NCBI GenBank assembly: GCA_964016885.1
Contig: OZ024755.1
Coordinates: 5,766,001-5,830,000, forward strand
DNA length: 64,000 bases
Source: Eledone cirrhosa
Taxonomy: Eukaryota
Direction: 5' to 3'
Part shown: piece after piece, positions 1 through 16,554 of the stretch
Layout: every line of letters begins with the position of its first letter
Position numbering within the stretch: the stretch's first letter is position 1
The notes under the pieces: model-generated
Told to the model about the DNA's origin: nothing
What the model saw: only the letters and a program-made list of their open reading frames with translations
Databases searched by the model: none
Translations under genes and position numbers: made by a program

Positions 1-1247
1 TCCTAGAGTGTCTTGTGTAACCTCAGGTGCATCAATGGCTCCTAGAGTGTCTTGTGTAACCTCAGGTGCATCAATGGCTCCTTGAGTGTCTTGTGTAACC
101 TCAGGTGCATCAATGGCTCCTTGAGTGTCTTGTGTAACCTCAGGTGCATCAATGGCTCCTTGAGTGTCTTGTGTAACCTCAGGTGCATCAATGGCTCCTT
201 GAGTGTCTTGTGTAACCTCAGCTGCATCAATGGCTCCTTGAGTGTCTTGTGTAACCTCAGCTGCATCAATGGCTCCTTGAGTGTCTTGTGTAACCTCAGC
301 TGCATCAATGGCTCCTTGAGTGTCTTGTGTAACCTCAGCTGCATCAATGGCTCCTTGAGTGTCTTGTGTAACCTCAGCTGCATCAATGGCTCCTTGAGTG
401 TCTTGTGTAACCTCAGGTGCATCAATGGCTCCTTGAGTGTCTTGTGTAACCTCAGCTGCATCAATGGCTCCTTGAGTATCTTGTGTAACCTCAGCTGCAT
501 CAATGGCTCCTTGAGTATCTTGTGTAACCTCAGCTGCATCAATGGCTCCTTGAGTGTCTTGTGTAACCTCAGGTGCATCAATGGCTCCTTGAGTGTCTTG
601 TGTAACCTCAGGTGCATCAATGGCTCCTTGAGTGTCTTGTGTAACCTCAGGTGCATCAATGGCACCTTGAGGGTCTTGTGTAACCTCAGGTGCATCAATG
701 GCTCCTTGAGTGTCTTGTGTAACCTCAGGTGCATCAATGGCTCCTTGAGTGTCTTGTGTAACCTCAGCTGCATCAATGGCTCCTTGAGTGTCTTGTGTAA
801 CCTCAGGTGCATCAATGGCTCCTTGAGTATCTTGTGTAACCTCAGGTGCATCAATGGCTCCTTGAGTGTCTTGTGTAACCTCAGGTGCATCAATGGCTCC
901 TTGAGTGTCTTGTGTAACCTCAGGTGCATCAATGGCTCCTTGAGTATCTTGTGTAACCTCAGCTGCATCAATGGCTCCTTGAGTGTCTTGTGTAACCTCA
1001 GGTGCATCAATGGCTCCTTGAGTGTCTTGTGTAACCTCAGGTGCATCAATGACTCCTAGAGTGTCTTGTGTAACCTCAGGTGCATCAATGGCTCCTAGAG
1101 TGTCTTGTGTAACCTCAGGTGCATCAATGGCTCCTAGAGTGTCTTGTGTAACCTCAGCTGCATCAATGGCTCCTTGAGTGTCTTGTGTAACCTCAGGTGC
1201 ATCAATGGCTCCTTGAGTGTCTTGTGTAACCTCAGGTGCATCAATGA
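1..1247. repeat. 39-bp minisatellite (~32 units, continues off the left edge)
   Basis: Unit GAGTGTCTTGTGTAACCTCAGGTGCATCAATGGCTCCTT repeated head-to-tail with a few recurring variants (aggtg/agctg, gtgtc/gtatc, ccttg/cctag). It explains the 13-aa periodic ORFs on both strands. Confidence 0.97.
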
Positions 1248-1287
1248 CTTGTGATTGAAACATGGTGGACGGAAACTACAGATTCCC

Positions 1288-1645
1288 AGTGTGTGGGGTG
1301 GTGTGTATGTGTGTGATGTGTGTGGTGTCATGTGTGTGTATGGTGTGTATGTGTGTGGTCTGTGTGTGTGGTGTGTGTGATGTGGTGTATGGTGTGTGGT
1401 GTGTATGTGTGTATGTGTGTGGTGTGTACGTGTGGTGTGTGTGGTGTGTATGGTGTATATGTGTGTGGTCTGTGTGTGGTGTGTGTGATGTGGTGTATGG
1501 TGTGTGTGATGTGGTGTATGGTGTGTATGTGTGTGGTGTGGTGTGTGTGTGATGTGGTGTGTATGTGTGTGGTGTGTATGGTGTGTATGTGTGTGGTGTG
1601 TATGTGTGGTGTGTATGTGTGCGTGTTGTGTATGCGTGTGGTGTG
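1288..1645. repeat. degenerate (GT)n/(GTG)n low-complexity tract
   Basis: Direct inspection. Confidence 0.9.
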
Positions 1646-1897
1646 TAATATACCGTTTTGACAAGACAGATAGATCGATAAAAAAGTAACACTAAAGAAA
1701 TAAAAGAGTAACTAGAAGGTTCTAATTTACATAAATATACATAAATATTGGTGGTGGGGGGAGGGTGTTAACATTTTAAAACAAGCAATGAAAATAACTT
1801 AAAACATAAATGAAAAGAAATTTCGGAAAAATATAGAAAATGCAGCATGCAAGTAGATCTGGTCTTTAAATCAACTGAAAAAAACAATGCATATAGA

Positions 1898-2112
1898 GGA
1901 ACGATCGACTTTCGTCAAATCGGACCGAGGAAACAATGTTTCCATTGGTCTTTCCAATTGCTAATACTATCTATTGGTCGCAACTCCAGGTAGAAGGAGC
2001 AACGTGAAATAAAATGTCTTGCTCAAGGACATAACGCATCGCCGGTCCGGGAATCGAGCTCACAACCTCAAGATTGCGAATCCAATTCTCTAACCACTCA
2101 GCCACATGCCTT
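1898..2112 (-). mobile_element. tRNA-derived SINE, family B (CORE-like central segment)
   Basis: Reverse complement of the copy at 35679-35895. It has A/B boxes and the 'tgtccttgagcaagaca' segment. Confidence 0.85.
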
Positions 2113-3019
2113 CTCACAACGCATATACTCTGGCCTTATTAGATCTCTTCAGCGAAGCATATTCAACTCATTTGCATTGGCATTGGTTGTGTATATTAAT
2201 CAACTGAAAACAATCACGTGCGAATAAGACCAACAAAATCAGATAACATTTAAACATGGAACAATGATAACATTTAGACATGGAAAGTTAAAATGTTATC
2301 ACTAAAAGGGGTTGACATCATATTGATGTCACCACAAAGGTAATGGCGTTCGTTATTTGGGGTTTTATTTATATAAATATATTTTATTGGAAGGAATTCT
2401 GACGATAAAGGTTTTGACATTTGGTAAAGACGGCTAGAAAAAGATGGGAGAGAGAGAACGAGACAAATATGTGCAGAGAGAGGGATAGAGAGAGAGAGAG
2501 AGAGAGAGATAAAGTTAGAGAGAGATATATAGCTAGAGAGACAGAGACAGCTAGCTAGCTAGAGAGAGATAGAGACAGAGAGAGAAAGAGAGAGACAGAG
2601 AGGAAGCTATAGAGAAAGAGAGATAGAGATAGTGTTAACTAAAGGGATCACTGTAGTAGTTGACAGCAATACATTTTTAAAGAAACAAACACACAGAACA
2701 GTTATAAAACAGTTATAAAACAGTTATAAAACGACACTAAAACTGACGATTTAAGTAATTGTTGTACAAGTCTAAAAAACAGAAAACACAAAGAAACGTA
2801 TATTTCTGTGGCAGTAAAATGAATTACATTTCTATCAGTTTTACATGGAAGTAATTCAATCAATCCTTACACAAAAAGGCACTTGATTGTCACCATTACC
2901 TGATTGTCTTTTATCCAGTTCCTGTTATATTTATGACAGTTGGACAGGTAAACCTTTAGGTAATACGACCCTACATTTCTGACAAAAACATGCAATTCTT
3001 ATAAAACGTACAAATATAA

Positions 3020-3075
<56 letters not shown>

Positions 3076-3078
<3 letters not shown>

Positions 3079-3151
3079 GTTGTCCCCGAAAATAAATACA
3101 CACTTCAACAGCAGATAACTCAAATGTGTATACATTTTTGGGAACACCCTG
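3076..3151. mobile_element. Tc1/mariner-like MITE (~76 bp) in (TA)n
   Basis: TA|CAGGTTGTCCCCGAAAA...TTTTTGGGAACACCCTG|TA imperfect TIRs with TA flanks. A related copy lies at 17603-17703. Confidence 0.75.
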
Positions 3152-3228
3152 TATATATAAATATATATATATATATTTATATAATAAAAATAAAGTTTCA
3201 CTTACATGTATTTATTGTGTAGAGACCT

Positions 3229-3292
3229 GTTACGCGTTTCGCAGATGATTGGCACAAGGTCACCCAGGGAGGTGTAGAGCTGCTCGTCAGAC
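3229..3292 (-). ncRNA. type-I hammerhead ribozyme motif (intact core, weak stem I)
   Basis: Minus strand: gu CUGACGA gcag...cugc GAAA cgcg UA ac, followed by AATAAA. Stem I is only 2 bp. Confidence 0.6.
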
Positions 3293-3336
3293 TGATGATT
3301 AAAAAAATATTATAATATAATATAATATATTATATA

Positions 3337-3712
3337 CATTGGCGGACTGGGTCTAAAAATATTGGTTGCCAGGAGATGAAGGGAGCCAACCTACATGAAT
3401 TAAGATGAGGGATTTATGGTTTGTATCGCATCACAAACCCTCCATCCAAATTCTACTTTTGAAAAGCATAAGAACTGTGAAACCGGTAAAGGAAACAAAT
3501 AAATATTCTTAAAAAGACTCTAGTTACATTTTCGATTTGTTTTCTGTATATATATATAAATTGTTTGTTAAAATAATCAAATTAAATTAATTCAACAGTT
3601 AAACACACAGGAATAATAAGGTTGTTACCAAAGAGCTAGATAATTGACAAGTCGACCCTAAATATGACTAATAGCTCTAGGGAAGCCATGGAAAGCCACA
3701 TCTTTTAAACTG
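3337..3712 (+). mobile_element. hAT-like non-autonomous element fragment with a nested hairpin-family piece
   Basis: Begins CATTGGCGGACTGGGTCTAAAAATATTGGTTGCCAGGAGATGAAGGG, matching 50811. Segment 3648-3710 matches 51020-51080, and 3400-3520 matches the palindrome at 39878-40040. Confidence 0.6.
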
Positions 3713-4040
3713 TGTGGTATTATAACAATTTAAGCTATTTTGCAAAGACAAATTCATAATATATGACACACGCGCCCCCGTGTGCGTGCTTCACAAGTAT
3801 TTTGGAGAGAAAAACTAGACCCTTGTGTCACATATGTAGGGTCACAGTTAATACATATTCTGTTTTCTACATTGAATTCTATTGGTCCCGTGTGTAAAAC
3901 CATATTTACACACACACACACATATATATAACCATTTTGGCTAACAATTCTCAGTAAATTGTGTGTATGTGTTAATGTATGTTGGTATATATATATATCT
4001 ATATATATATATATCTAAATATATATATATATATATCTAT

Positions 4041-4090
<50 letters not shown>

Positions 4091-4465
4091 TAAATATATA
4101 ATATATATAAATATATGTATATATATACACAATATAGTGACAATTGTTAAACCAGAATGGAAACCCAGACAATAAATGTTGAATAGACATTCTAAAAGCG
4201 CCGTTGGCAATATGTCTACTCTAATGAGTATGTAACTTCACAATATGATTCTGCCCATACATGGTTGCTGTGACAAGGTGTGTGTGAGATTTATCGCCTA
4301 ATTAGAAGCAATATAATTAACTGTAAAATAAAAAATAAATCATCTTCCTCCAATACCACGATTGAGATGGCAGCTCTACAATCGAATCTGCACCTGAATG
4401 ACTATAAAAAAAGCTTCGAGTGAATCGCAATATTTCTCTAAGATGTTGATATTGAAATAGAAATA

Positions 4466-5005
4466 TAATTGTTTCTTCTTGAGGCACAATGCTAGACATT
4501 TGAAAGGGAGAGGCGAGTCGATTAAATCATCCTCACTGCATTACTGGTGCTTTATTTTATTATCGACTCCGTGAGAATGAAAGGCAAATCTAACCTCAGC
4601 GGGATTTGAGCTCAGACCGCAAAGGGCCGCAACTCCATGTTGCAAAGCATGGTATCCGGCGCTCTACCAATTACTGTCAATCCACCGCCCTGATAATAAT
4701 AATTTCTACTTTTGGCACAAGGCCAGAAATTATCCAGTGTATTACTGGTATGTTATTTTATCGACCCCGTAAGGATGAAAGGCAAAGTTAACCTTGGCGG
4801 GATTTGAACTCAGACCACAAAGGGCCGTAACTCTTTGCTGCAAATCATGGCGTCCGATGCCCCACCGATATTGCCAATCCACCGCCCTTATAATAATAAT
4901 GATGATTTCTGATATAGACAAGGCCAGCAATCGACTCCGTAAGGATGAAAGGCAAAGCTGACCTCAGCGAGATTTGCTGCAAGGCACGGTGTCTGACACC
5001 CTTAC
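4466..5005 (-). mobile_element. three tandem tRNA-derived SINE family A copies (the third internally deleted)
   Basis: Shared ttttatcgaccccgtaaggatgaaaggcaaagttaacctcggcgggatttgaactcag...tccaccgcc. The central segment resembles the Meta/MESC-type SINE domain (from memory, unverified). Confidence 0.85.
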
Positions 5006-5154
5006 CGGCAAAATAACCTGGGGTCTATTTTACTGGGACCGGCAAAATAGCCTCTTCCTATAATATTTGATAACTATAATAGTTGAAAAACTCAGAAATG
5101 TCTCTGTCCACTTACTTCCGACTCGTCGAGTACTTTAACCCATTTATTTAACCA

Positions 5155-5335
5155 ATTGGCAGTATTGGTAGATAGTCGGACGCCATGCTTTGCAGCATAG
5201 AGTTACGGCCCTTTATGATCTGAGTTCAAATCCCGCCAAAGTTAACTTTGCCTTTCATCCTTACGGGGTCGATAAAATAAAGCACCAGTAATGTAATGGG
5301 ATAATTGCTGGCCTTGTGCCAAAAGTAGAAACTAT
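5155..5335 (+). mobile_element. SINE family A
   Basis: tggcagtattggtag (A box), gagttcaaatcc (B box), gcctttcatccttacggggtcgataaaa. Confidence 0.9.
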
Positions 5336-6141
5336 TATTTATAGTTAATTATAAACTATAGATAGCTGCGTTGTGGTGACTATATTTTCGAATTTCAAAC
5401 ATAAAAATGTAATTCTTAAGAGATACGAGTCTTAATGAAAATACAAACTACGAACAAGAAAAACAAAAAAAACGAAACAAAGAAACTTGAAATACTTGAA
5501 TCAATAAAAAAGAAAGACAAGAAAAATGTTGAAACTCTAAACATGGAGAAGATGAATTATGAAGATAAAACTAGAGAAAGAGAAACAAGAAAAATAAATA
5601 AGAGAACAGAAGAAAATTAAAGCTCAGCATATTTACAAAATATTGACGAAAGAGAAAGCTGAACGAAATCTCCATGACCGAAAATATGAATACTAGTGAA
5701 TATGAGAAAGATTTAAATGTAGAAAATTATAAAGCTAAACATACTGAATATGACAATAATCTGAGAATGGAAATATTTAAAGATTCAAAATCGATAGATC
5801 GACTTTATAGACCGTCAAAATACGCTGTTTCTATACTACACCGCACCACACTACACTACACTACACCACACCACACCACAACATAAAACGTATTGATAAA
5901 ATAGCAAGAACTATGTGATACATAAACTGGGCCATCAAGAACATATTGAAAACAGATGCGAACATCAATATCACCTGGATAAATAAACTAATCTAATGTA
6001 TAATATAGGAATATTTAAACCTAACTAAACAACATGGAAAACAAACAGAGAAGAAGAAGAGGAGGAAGAAAATTTAAAAAAAGATATTTCAATCGTTAAT
6101 ATATAGTTTTTAAATGGACAAATATTACAGAAATCGAGAGT

Positions 6142-6318
6142 CGATCGACTTTCGTCAAATCGGACCGAGGAAACAATGTTTCCGTTGGTCTTTCCAATTG
6201 TTAATACTATCGATTGGTCGCAACTCCAGGTAGAAGGACATAACGCATTGCCTGGTCCAGGAATCGAACTCACAACCTCAAGATTGCGAATCCAGTTTTC
6301 TAACCAATCAGCCACACG
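6142..6318 (-). mobile_element. SINE family B (internally deleted)
   Basis: Near-identical to 1898-2112. Confidence 0.85.
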
Positions 6319-6585
6319 TCTGGACGTTACAGAAATGCAACACAGAAATAAAGGAATATATCCAGAATCGATAAGAAGCGAAAATATTAGGCCCTCTATT
6401 TTAAATCGCAAAGAATCTGGTTATAAAAAGTGACAATATTTTTTCGATCGAAACAAACAGCTTGTCTCCAATTATAAAGGATCAAAGATGAGGTAAGTAT
6501 TGAAAATAATATGACTGTCAACGATCAGAGAAGTCAAAATTTTAGGAGACGAATAACAAATATAGACAGCCGATCTCTCTCTCTT

Positions 6586-6616
<31 letters not shown>

Positions 6617-6654
6617 ATATTAATAAATGGAAACTATATTTATAAAACCATATT

Positions 6655-6719
6655 TATTTTATTATATATATTTCAAGGCAACCAAGGCAAATTATGGTGC
6701 GCTTTCATCAGATAAAATA
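6655..6719 (-). ncRNA. type-I minimal hammerhead ribozyme (intact)
   Basis: Minus strand: UAUUUUAU CUGAUGA aagcgcacca-loop-ugguugccuu GAAA uauaua UA AUAAAAUA. It has a perfect 8-bp stem I, a palindromic stem III and an AUA cleavage triplet. Confidence 0.8.
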
Positions 6720-7639
6720 CAGATTTGTTTTATAAATATTGACATACTCGGAAAAAAGACAACCTTAACGGTTGGAGCTTCCTGGATAGTGGATATAATA
6801 TTTTATTGAGGGTAATACAAAGTTATGAGTGAGTATGCAAATGAGTGTCCGAAAAGTTGAAAAGATAATGGTTTATTTAAATTAAACTGTTGGAAGAAGA
6901 TGATATGTAAGGGAGAGAGAGAAAAAAAAGAAAAGGAAGGAGAAAGAGAGAAGAGGAAAGAAAGAACGATTATACATAGTGATAGTGAAGAAAGTCGGAG
7001 TGAATGAAGAAATAAGTTTTAATGGGAAAATATACATAGCGTAAATATACCTAAGTGAAAGAAGAAATAAGATTAACGTGGAAGAATAATATTTAGAATG
7101 TAGGGTTCATTACGTTGTGATTATAATATTTATAATGATAGGTTGAAAAATTAGATTAAAATTAAAAATTAAAAATTAAAAATTAAAAATTAAAAATTAA
7201 AAATTAAAAATCAAAATTAAAGATTAAAATTTGCCTTAATATTAAAGATTTAATTTAATATTAATATTAAAAATTAAAATAGAAGTATTTATATTATATT
7301 AAGATGTATTAGTAATAATATATTGGTTTAGATGTGTATGTTATGGATTATAAATTATTTAAATAAATATATAGTATTTTACATTAGAGAAAATCTAGTA
7401 TAGTTTATTTTATTAAAGTAAGTTTGGCAAAATTATTTTTATTAATAGTTGTAAGTCAAAACTTAAACATCCAAACAATTCTAAATTTATGAAAATTTAC
7501 AAGAGTTTGCAAAGGAATAACTACTTAATTATATTATAAAAACAGTAAGTATAAAGGAAGTTAGAAGTGATTTTTAAGAACTCAAATGACTCCCAGGATA
7601 TATAAAAAAAACTTTTAAAAAAAAAAAAATTTTTTTTAT

Positions 7640-7970
7640 TTTTTACGAGAAGTCATAAATGTTATAAAGTTAAAAAAATTTATCTTAAGAATATAATTAA
7701 AACATAAACCATATGTTATTTTATAAGAAGTCATAAATTTATCTTAAGAATATAATTAAAACATAAACCATATGTTATTTTATAAGAAGTCATAAATTTA
7801 TCTTAAGAATATAATTAAAACAAACCATAGGTTATTTTATAAGAAGTCATACTTGTTATAAAGTTTTTAAAAAATTTATCTTAAGAATATAGTTAAAACA
7901 TAAACCATAGGTTATTCCACACATATATATAAAAACCTATATATAAAAACCATATGTTATTCCAGATATA
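7640..7970. repeat. AT-rich ~59-bp tandem repeat
   Basis: TTTTATAAGAAGTCATAAATTTATCTTAAGAATATAATTAAAACATAAACCATATGTTA repeated about 4 times, preceded by (AAAATT)n at ~7156-7230. Confidence 0.85.
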
Positions 7971-8194
7971 TATAAATATTTGGATAGGTATATTAAAAAT
8001 GTTTGAAGATATAAAATATTGGAAGATATGAAAATAATGGTTTTTCTATATCTTTCAAAGGAACTTTCAAAGAATGTTCTAAATTTTTAAGCTTGTTGAA
8101 TCCCAACAAATTAAATATAATCTCTCAATATATATATAAATTACTGACCTTCCCTGTTTATGGTTTAAAATATACATAACTATAAATATTATCC

Positions 8195-8225
<31 letters not shown>

Positions 8226-8389
8226 GATATAGATATATAGATTTTGAGTTTATGTTGGTTGTATACCAACACCTCAGTATGCAGGCTGGAGCACTCGACG
8301 AAGTGCGCAGGTTGGTTTGGTTACTCCGGAGTAGTGCAAAATAAAGTTAAATAAAAGTCAAATGATTAAAATTTAGCTTCGTTTATTAA

Positions 8390-8442
8390 TGCTATATATA
8401 TCTCAGTGACAGCCATCTTTGGCTGTGACCTCTTCAGGCAGT
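8390..8442 (-). ncRNA. decayed hammerhead motif (GAAA>GAGA), same family as 10457
   Basis: Minus strand: acugc CUGAAGA ggucacagcca-aaga-uggcugucacu GAGA uauaua UA gca, then AATAAA. Confidence 0.6.
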
Positions 8443-8579
8443 TTGAATTAGTATGGTATAGACAAGTACATATGTTGTTTAGGTGTATGATATTGTCAAT
8501 ACTCTGATATGCCCAGTTCCTTGTTGGGTTGTTAATTCACTGGGGAACTGGAGTCATATGACTCCAGTTCCCCAGATGC

Positions 8580-8992
8580 AATTTGGGTGTACGGAGGGTT
8601 AAGGTGTGTAGTTTGGGCGGATGTACGGATGGTTAGGGTGTGTAATTTGGCGGGTAGACGGACGGTTAGGGCGTGTAATTTGGGTGGGTGAACGGACGGT
8701 TAGGCGTGTAGTTTGGGTGGGTGGACGGACGGTTAAGGCGTGTAGTTTGGGCGGGTAGACGGATGGTTAGGGCGTGTAATTTGGGCGGGTGGGTGGTTAG
8801 GGCATGTAGTTTGGGCGGGTGGACTGTTAGGGCATGTAGTTTGGGCGGGTGGACGGATAGTTAAGTCGTGTAGTTTGGGCGGATAGACGGACGGTTAGGA
8901 CGTGTAGTTTGGGCGGGAGCACGGATGGTTAGGGCGTGTAGTTTGGGCAAGTGGACGGACGGTTAAGGCGTGTAGTTTGGGCAGGCTAGTTT
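8580..8992. repeat. G-rich ~33-bp minisatellite containing TTAGGG variants
   Basis: Consensus ~GGTTAGGGCGTGTAGTTTGGGCGGGTGGACGGAC, about 12 diverged units. Confidence 0.9.
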
Positions 8993-9827
8993 CAAAAGGG
9001 TTATATAAAATGTAAGAATGCACTTGACTGCTGTAAATCAATTTTACTCCCTACATAAATGTGTGGCATTAAAACAAGTTAAGAAACGTTGATTCCCTAT
9101 ATTGATACGTAATTTTAGAGAAATAACACAGAATAAACACTTTGATGCTATCGTCTATCAACCTCTAAAATCAGGAGAGCTTCATATTCAGGTTTTTAAA
9201 TATAATTTTTCGAGCCAGTGGTGGTACGATTCAATTCTGATAGTATATTAAGTATAGAAATGTTTCCTATTATCTCTTCATCAGAGTCTTCTCAAATATA
9301 TATATATATTTTCATCTTATATTCTATTTATTTCCTTAATCATATATTTTCTTCTATGGTTTCGTTACTTTTTTTCTCTTCAGTTACTGTAGGTTGGTTG
9401 TGATATTTGGAAATAGTGAATACGTTTATTTTTTTTTAAGGTTTCTTAACTATTTACATTAATATACTGCTAACACTGACTGTTATTTCGTCTGATAGTT
9501 ATATAAACCTGCAGTAGCGATCTTCCAGTAATATTCTTTCTAATTATAGTAATATTTCTTTGCTTTTTGTTTGTAGTAAATATAGTATAATACATCAGTG
9601 TCGTCATTCGTATTATTCTTTACCTAATCCTCTCATTTCATTCGTCTGCCATTGTCTTTATAATATTAAAATAGAGTTTATTGATGTAGTAGGGAATATA
9701 TTAACCATTTTCTACATATTACATTCTTCCTTCACCTCCTCATTATGATCGCCAGCAACACCACCACCACCACCGCCGTCGTCATCGTCGTCGTCGTGAT
9801 CATCATCATCATCATCATCACCACCAC

Positions 9828-9983
9828 ATGGAGACAGTTGCTTCTGATAGGAACCTCTGGAAGGAGTGTTTGATGAATTTGCCCACACAAACCCAGCGCG
9901 TTTCCCTTGCCGTCCTCCGGGGAAACGCCTTCTCCATTCTGTCCGCCGGGACTGTGGGGGAGGCCACCAATATGATTGACTGA
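9828..9983 (+). pseudogene. non-LTR retrotransposon C-terminal remnant (RTE-like plus CRE-like motifs)
   Basis: Reads METVASDRNLWKECLMNLPTQTQRVSLAVLRGNAFSILSAG. QRxSxAVxRGNA is typical of CRE-clade C-termini, and (W)ExxAxDRxxW is typical of RTE C-termini. Confidence 0.55.
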
Positions 9984-10340
9984 CTTGTCATTTTATCAGT
10001 CAGATGTAATACACTGGTAATTTACCAGTAATACACTGGGGTAATTGCCGGCCTTGTGCCAAAAGTAGAAACAATTAAATCAAGTGAAAATATATAATTA
10101 TTTTATGGTAGAGTGACTAAAACCAGTAAGATAAACCCATCATCCATGCAACATGTTTACCCTCACATGAATAAATGGGCGAAGAATAAGCTTTAGTCAC
10201 AGTGCGGCCAGGCTGGAGCATCGCCTTGAAAGGATATAATCAGTCATATCAATCGGAATACTAAATTTTACAAGTTTGCTACTTATTTTATCGACCGTTT
10301 TTTGTCGAACCGCTACGTTATGGGACATGAACAAACATTG

Positions 10341-10397
<57 letters not shown>

Positions 10398-10456
10398 CAA
10401 GGCTCTGATACCATCAACACTATACACACAGAGCTGGCATATCTAAGGACTGACTA

Positions 10457-10512
10457 ACTGCCTGAAGAAGTCATAGCCATTCAATGGCTATCATCGAAAT
10501 ATATATAGCAGT
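10457..10512 (+). ncRNA. type-I minimal hammerhead ribozyme (intact core)
   Basis: ACUGC CUGAAGA agucauagccau-uca-auggcuaucauc GAAA uauaua UA GCAGU, followed by AATAAA. It lies in a 165-bp island between (TA)n tracts. Confidence 0.75.
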
Positions 10513-10553
10513 AAATAAAAGATTATGAGTTCATGCAATTGACTTATGTTTCG

Positions 10554-10592
<39 letters not shown>

Positions 10593-10596
<4 letters not shown>

Positions 10597-10778
10597 CGAA
10601 GGAAATGTGGTAAGGAACCAGGTGGACCATAACGCACCAAAGTACTCAATACTTGGGGTAGTAGAGTGGGTAATAGGAACCAGTAAGTCCCCGACGGCTG
10701 AGCTCAAGCCGTTTCGACGGCTAATTCTGAATTAGCCGTCGAAACGGCTTGAGCTCAGCCGTCGGGGACTTACTGGTT

Positions 10779-10782
<4 letters not shown>
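10593..10782 (+). mobile_element. (TA)n-inserted ~190-bp hairpin element, copy 1
   Basis: ~90-bp leader (aacgaaggaaatgtggtaaggaacc...) plus a near-perfect ~52-bp-arm palindrome at 10675-10781. Other copies lie at 23433, 48767 and (partial) 36490. Confidence 0.9.
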
Positions 10783-10833
<51 letters not shown>

Positions 10834-11126
10834 CACATATTGTAAATGTAGAGTAGACGTATATAACAAGGCTTTCATCAATCTGTTGCTTAGTAATTGT
10901 ACTCAATTAGGCACATCTTGCCTTCTTTAGACACTATGTTAGTAACAAAAGTTTTACGACACCAACAGTTGGCCACCATTTTTAGTTTCAAACTATTGAC
11001 TAAGGCGCCATAGTTGTAATTCAGCTAATGTGTTGGACTTGAGATGACGTCACTGGTGTATTGTTGAAGATGTTGTTGATGTCATCGTCTTCTTAATAAA
11101 ACCTCTGTTCTCGAAAAGCCTGGCTG

Positions 11127-15201
<4,075 letters not shown>

Positions 15202-15715
15202 TTGTCTTCCAATTTACTGTCTGTGTGTCGACTAGAAAATCTGTCTCCTTAGTGATACAGACATGGGGAGAGAGAGAGAGAGAGAGGAAGAGAAAGAGGG
15301 GAAGAGGGAGAGGGAGAGTGGGAGAGGAAGAGAGAGAGAGAGAGTGAAAGAGAGAGAGAGTGAAAGAGAGAGAGAGAGAGAGAGAGAGAGTGTGTGTGTG
15401 AGAGAAAGAGTGAGTGTGTGAGAATGAGAGAGTGTGTGTGAGTGAGCGAAAAAAAAAATGAAGGTTTTGTGTGGCAAAAAACAAAAAAAAAACGAGCAAA
15501 AGGATATTCTTTTTTTTCCTATTCTTTAGAAATTTAAAATCGAGATTTGATTCTGGAATAATGGAATAATAGGATTGGACGTAATATGTTAGAAAAATGA
15601 AAAGAGAAGATAGTATTGTTGTATAGATAATTATAGTGGAACACAGTCATTCTGTTATTCTGTTAGTCTGCTTTATAAGAGATGTGGTATATAGCATTGT
15701 TCCACTACTATGTGC

Positions 15716-15765
<50 letters not shown>

Positions 15766-16094
15766 AGTGTAATTTTCTACACAAAACGAAGGTTATAGAG
15801 AAAATTGAGGTTGGTTATGGCACATGGAATATATAAGAGACAGAATACTTTTTTGTGAAAAAACATAATTTTATAAGGTAAGGAAATAATAAAGGGTATA
15901 AAAAATGACCGGTTTCGATGGGTCTGCAAAAGCCATCTTTTCAAATGTTGATTAATATTAAGAAAAATTAATAATACGAAGAGTTAAAATTTGAGACTTG
16001 AAAATTCAAGTATAAAATTCATTGTGGGATTTCATAGCAGTTTTCATCTAGGTAGCAACAACAGGTTGACTGCTGTGTCCCTTTCTGGTAGTGA

Positions 16095-16231
16095 ATCTAA
16101 CTACTCCATTACTGTCTGACGAACGATCCAGACGTATATTATTATCATCTGTCATCCAGAAACCTTTGGTAATGGAGTCGTTATATTTTGTGTTGTTCAC
16201 TTTCTAATTAAATAGCTCTGTTCTATACATA
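16095..16231 (+). repeat. 137-bp segment duplicated at 17378-17515, containing a hammerhead-like motif
   Basis: Near-identical copies 1284 bp apart, with CUGACGA...GAAA cc uuu gg UA. Confidence 0.8.
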
Positions 16232-16344
16232 TATATATATATATATATGAGTGTGAGTATATATATATATGAGTGCGAGTATATATATATATATATATAT
16301 GAGTGTGTGTATATATATATGTGTGTATATATATATATGTGTGA

Positions 16345-16383
<39 letters not shown>

Positions 16384-16508
16384 CATACATGTGTGTGTGT
16401 GTGTGTGTGTTTCCATTTAGTATTGACTAACGTGCGAATCGGTATTCAATACCAGAGAAATTAATAGTTTATTAAGCTTAATAAACTATTAAGCTCTTGT
16501 CTCTCATT

Positions 16509-16554
<46 letters not shown>

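Noticed and set aside
1-1247. CRISPR-like regular repeats
   Set aside because: There are no unique spacers. It is a contiguous tandem minisatellite in eukaryotic DNA.
1258-1290. ACTACA...TCCCA (ZNF143/THAP11-like) promoter motif
   Set aside because: The spacing is one base longer than the consensus, and the site is sandwiched between two repeats.
5400-6120. Lys/Glu-rich short ORFs with a SIDRLY motif resembling a non-LTR RT C-terminal region
   Set aside because: Too fragmented to assign. It may be an ancient LINE remnant, but this is unsupported.
7100-8200. Possible mitochondrial insertion (NUMT) or control region
   Set aside because: The region is extremely AT-rich but has no recognisable mitochondrial gene or tRNA. 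It is explained by local tandem repeats and possibly decayed retroelement sequence.
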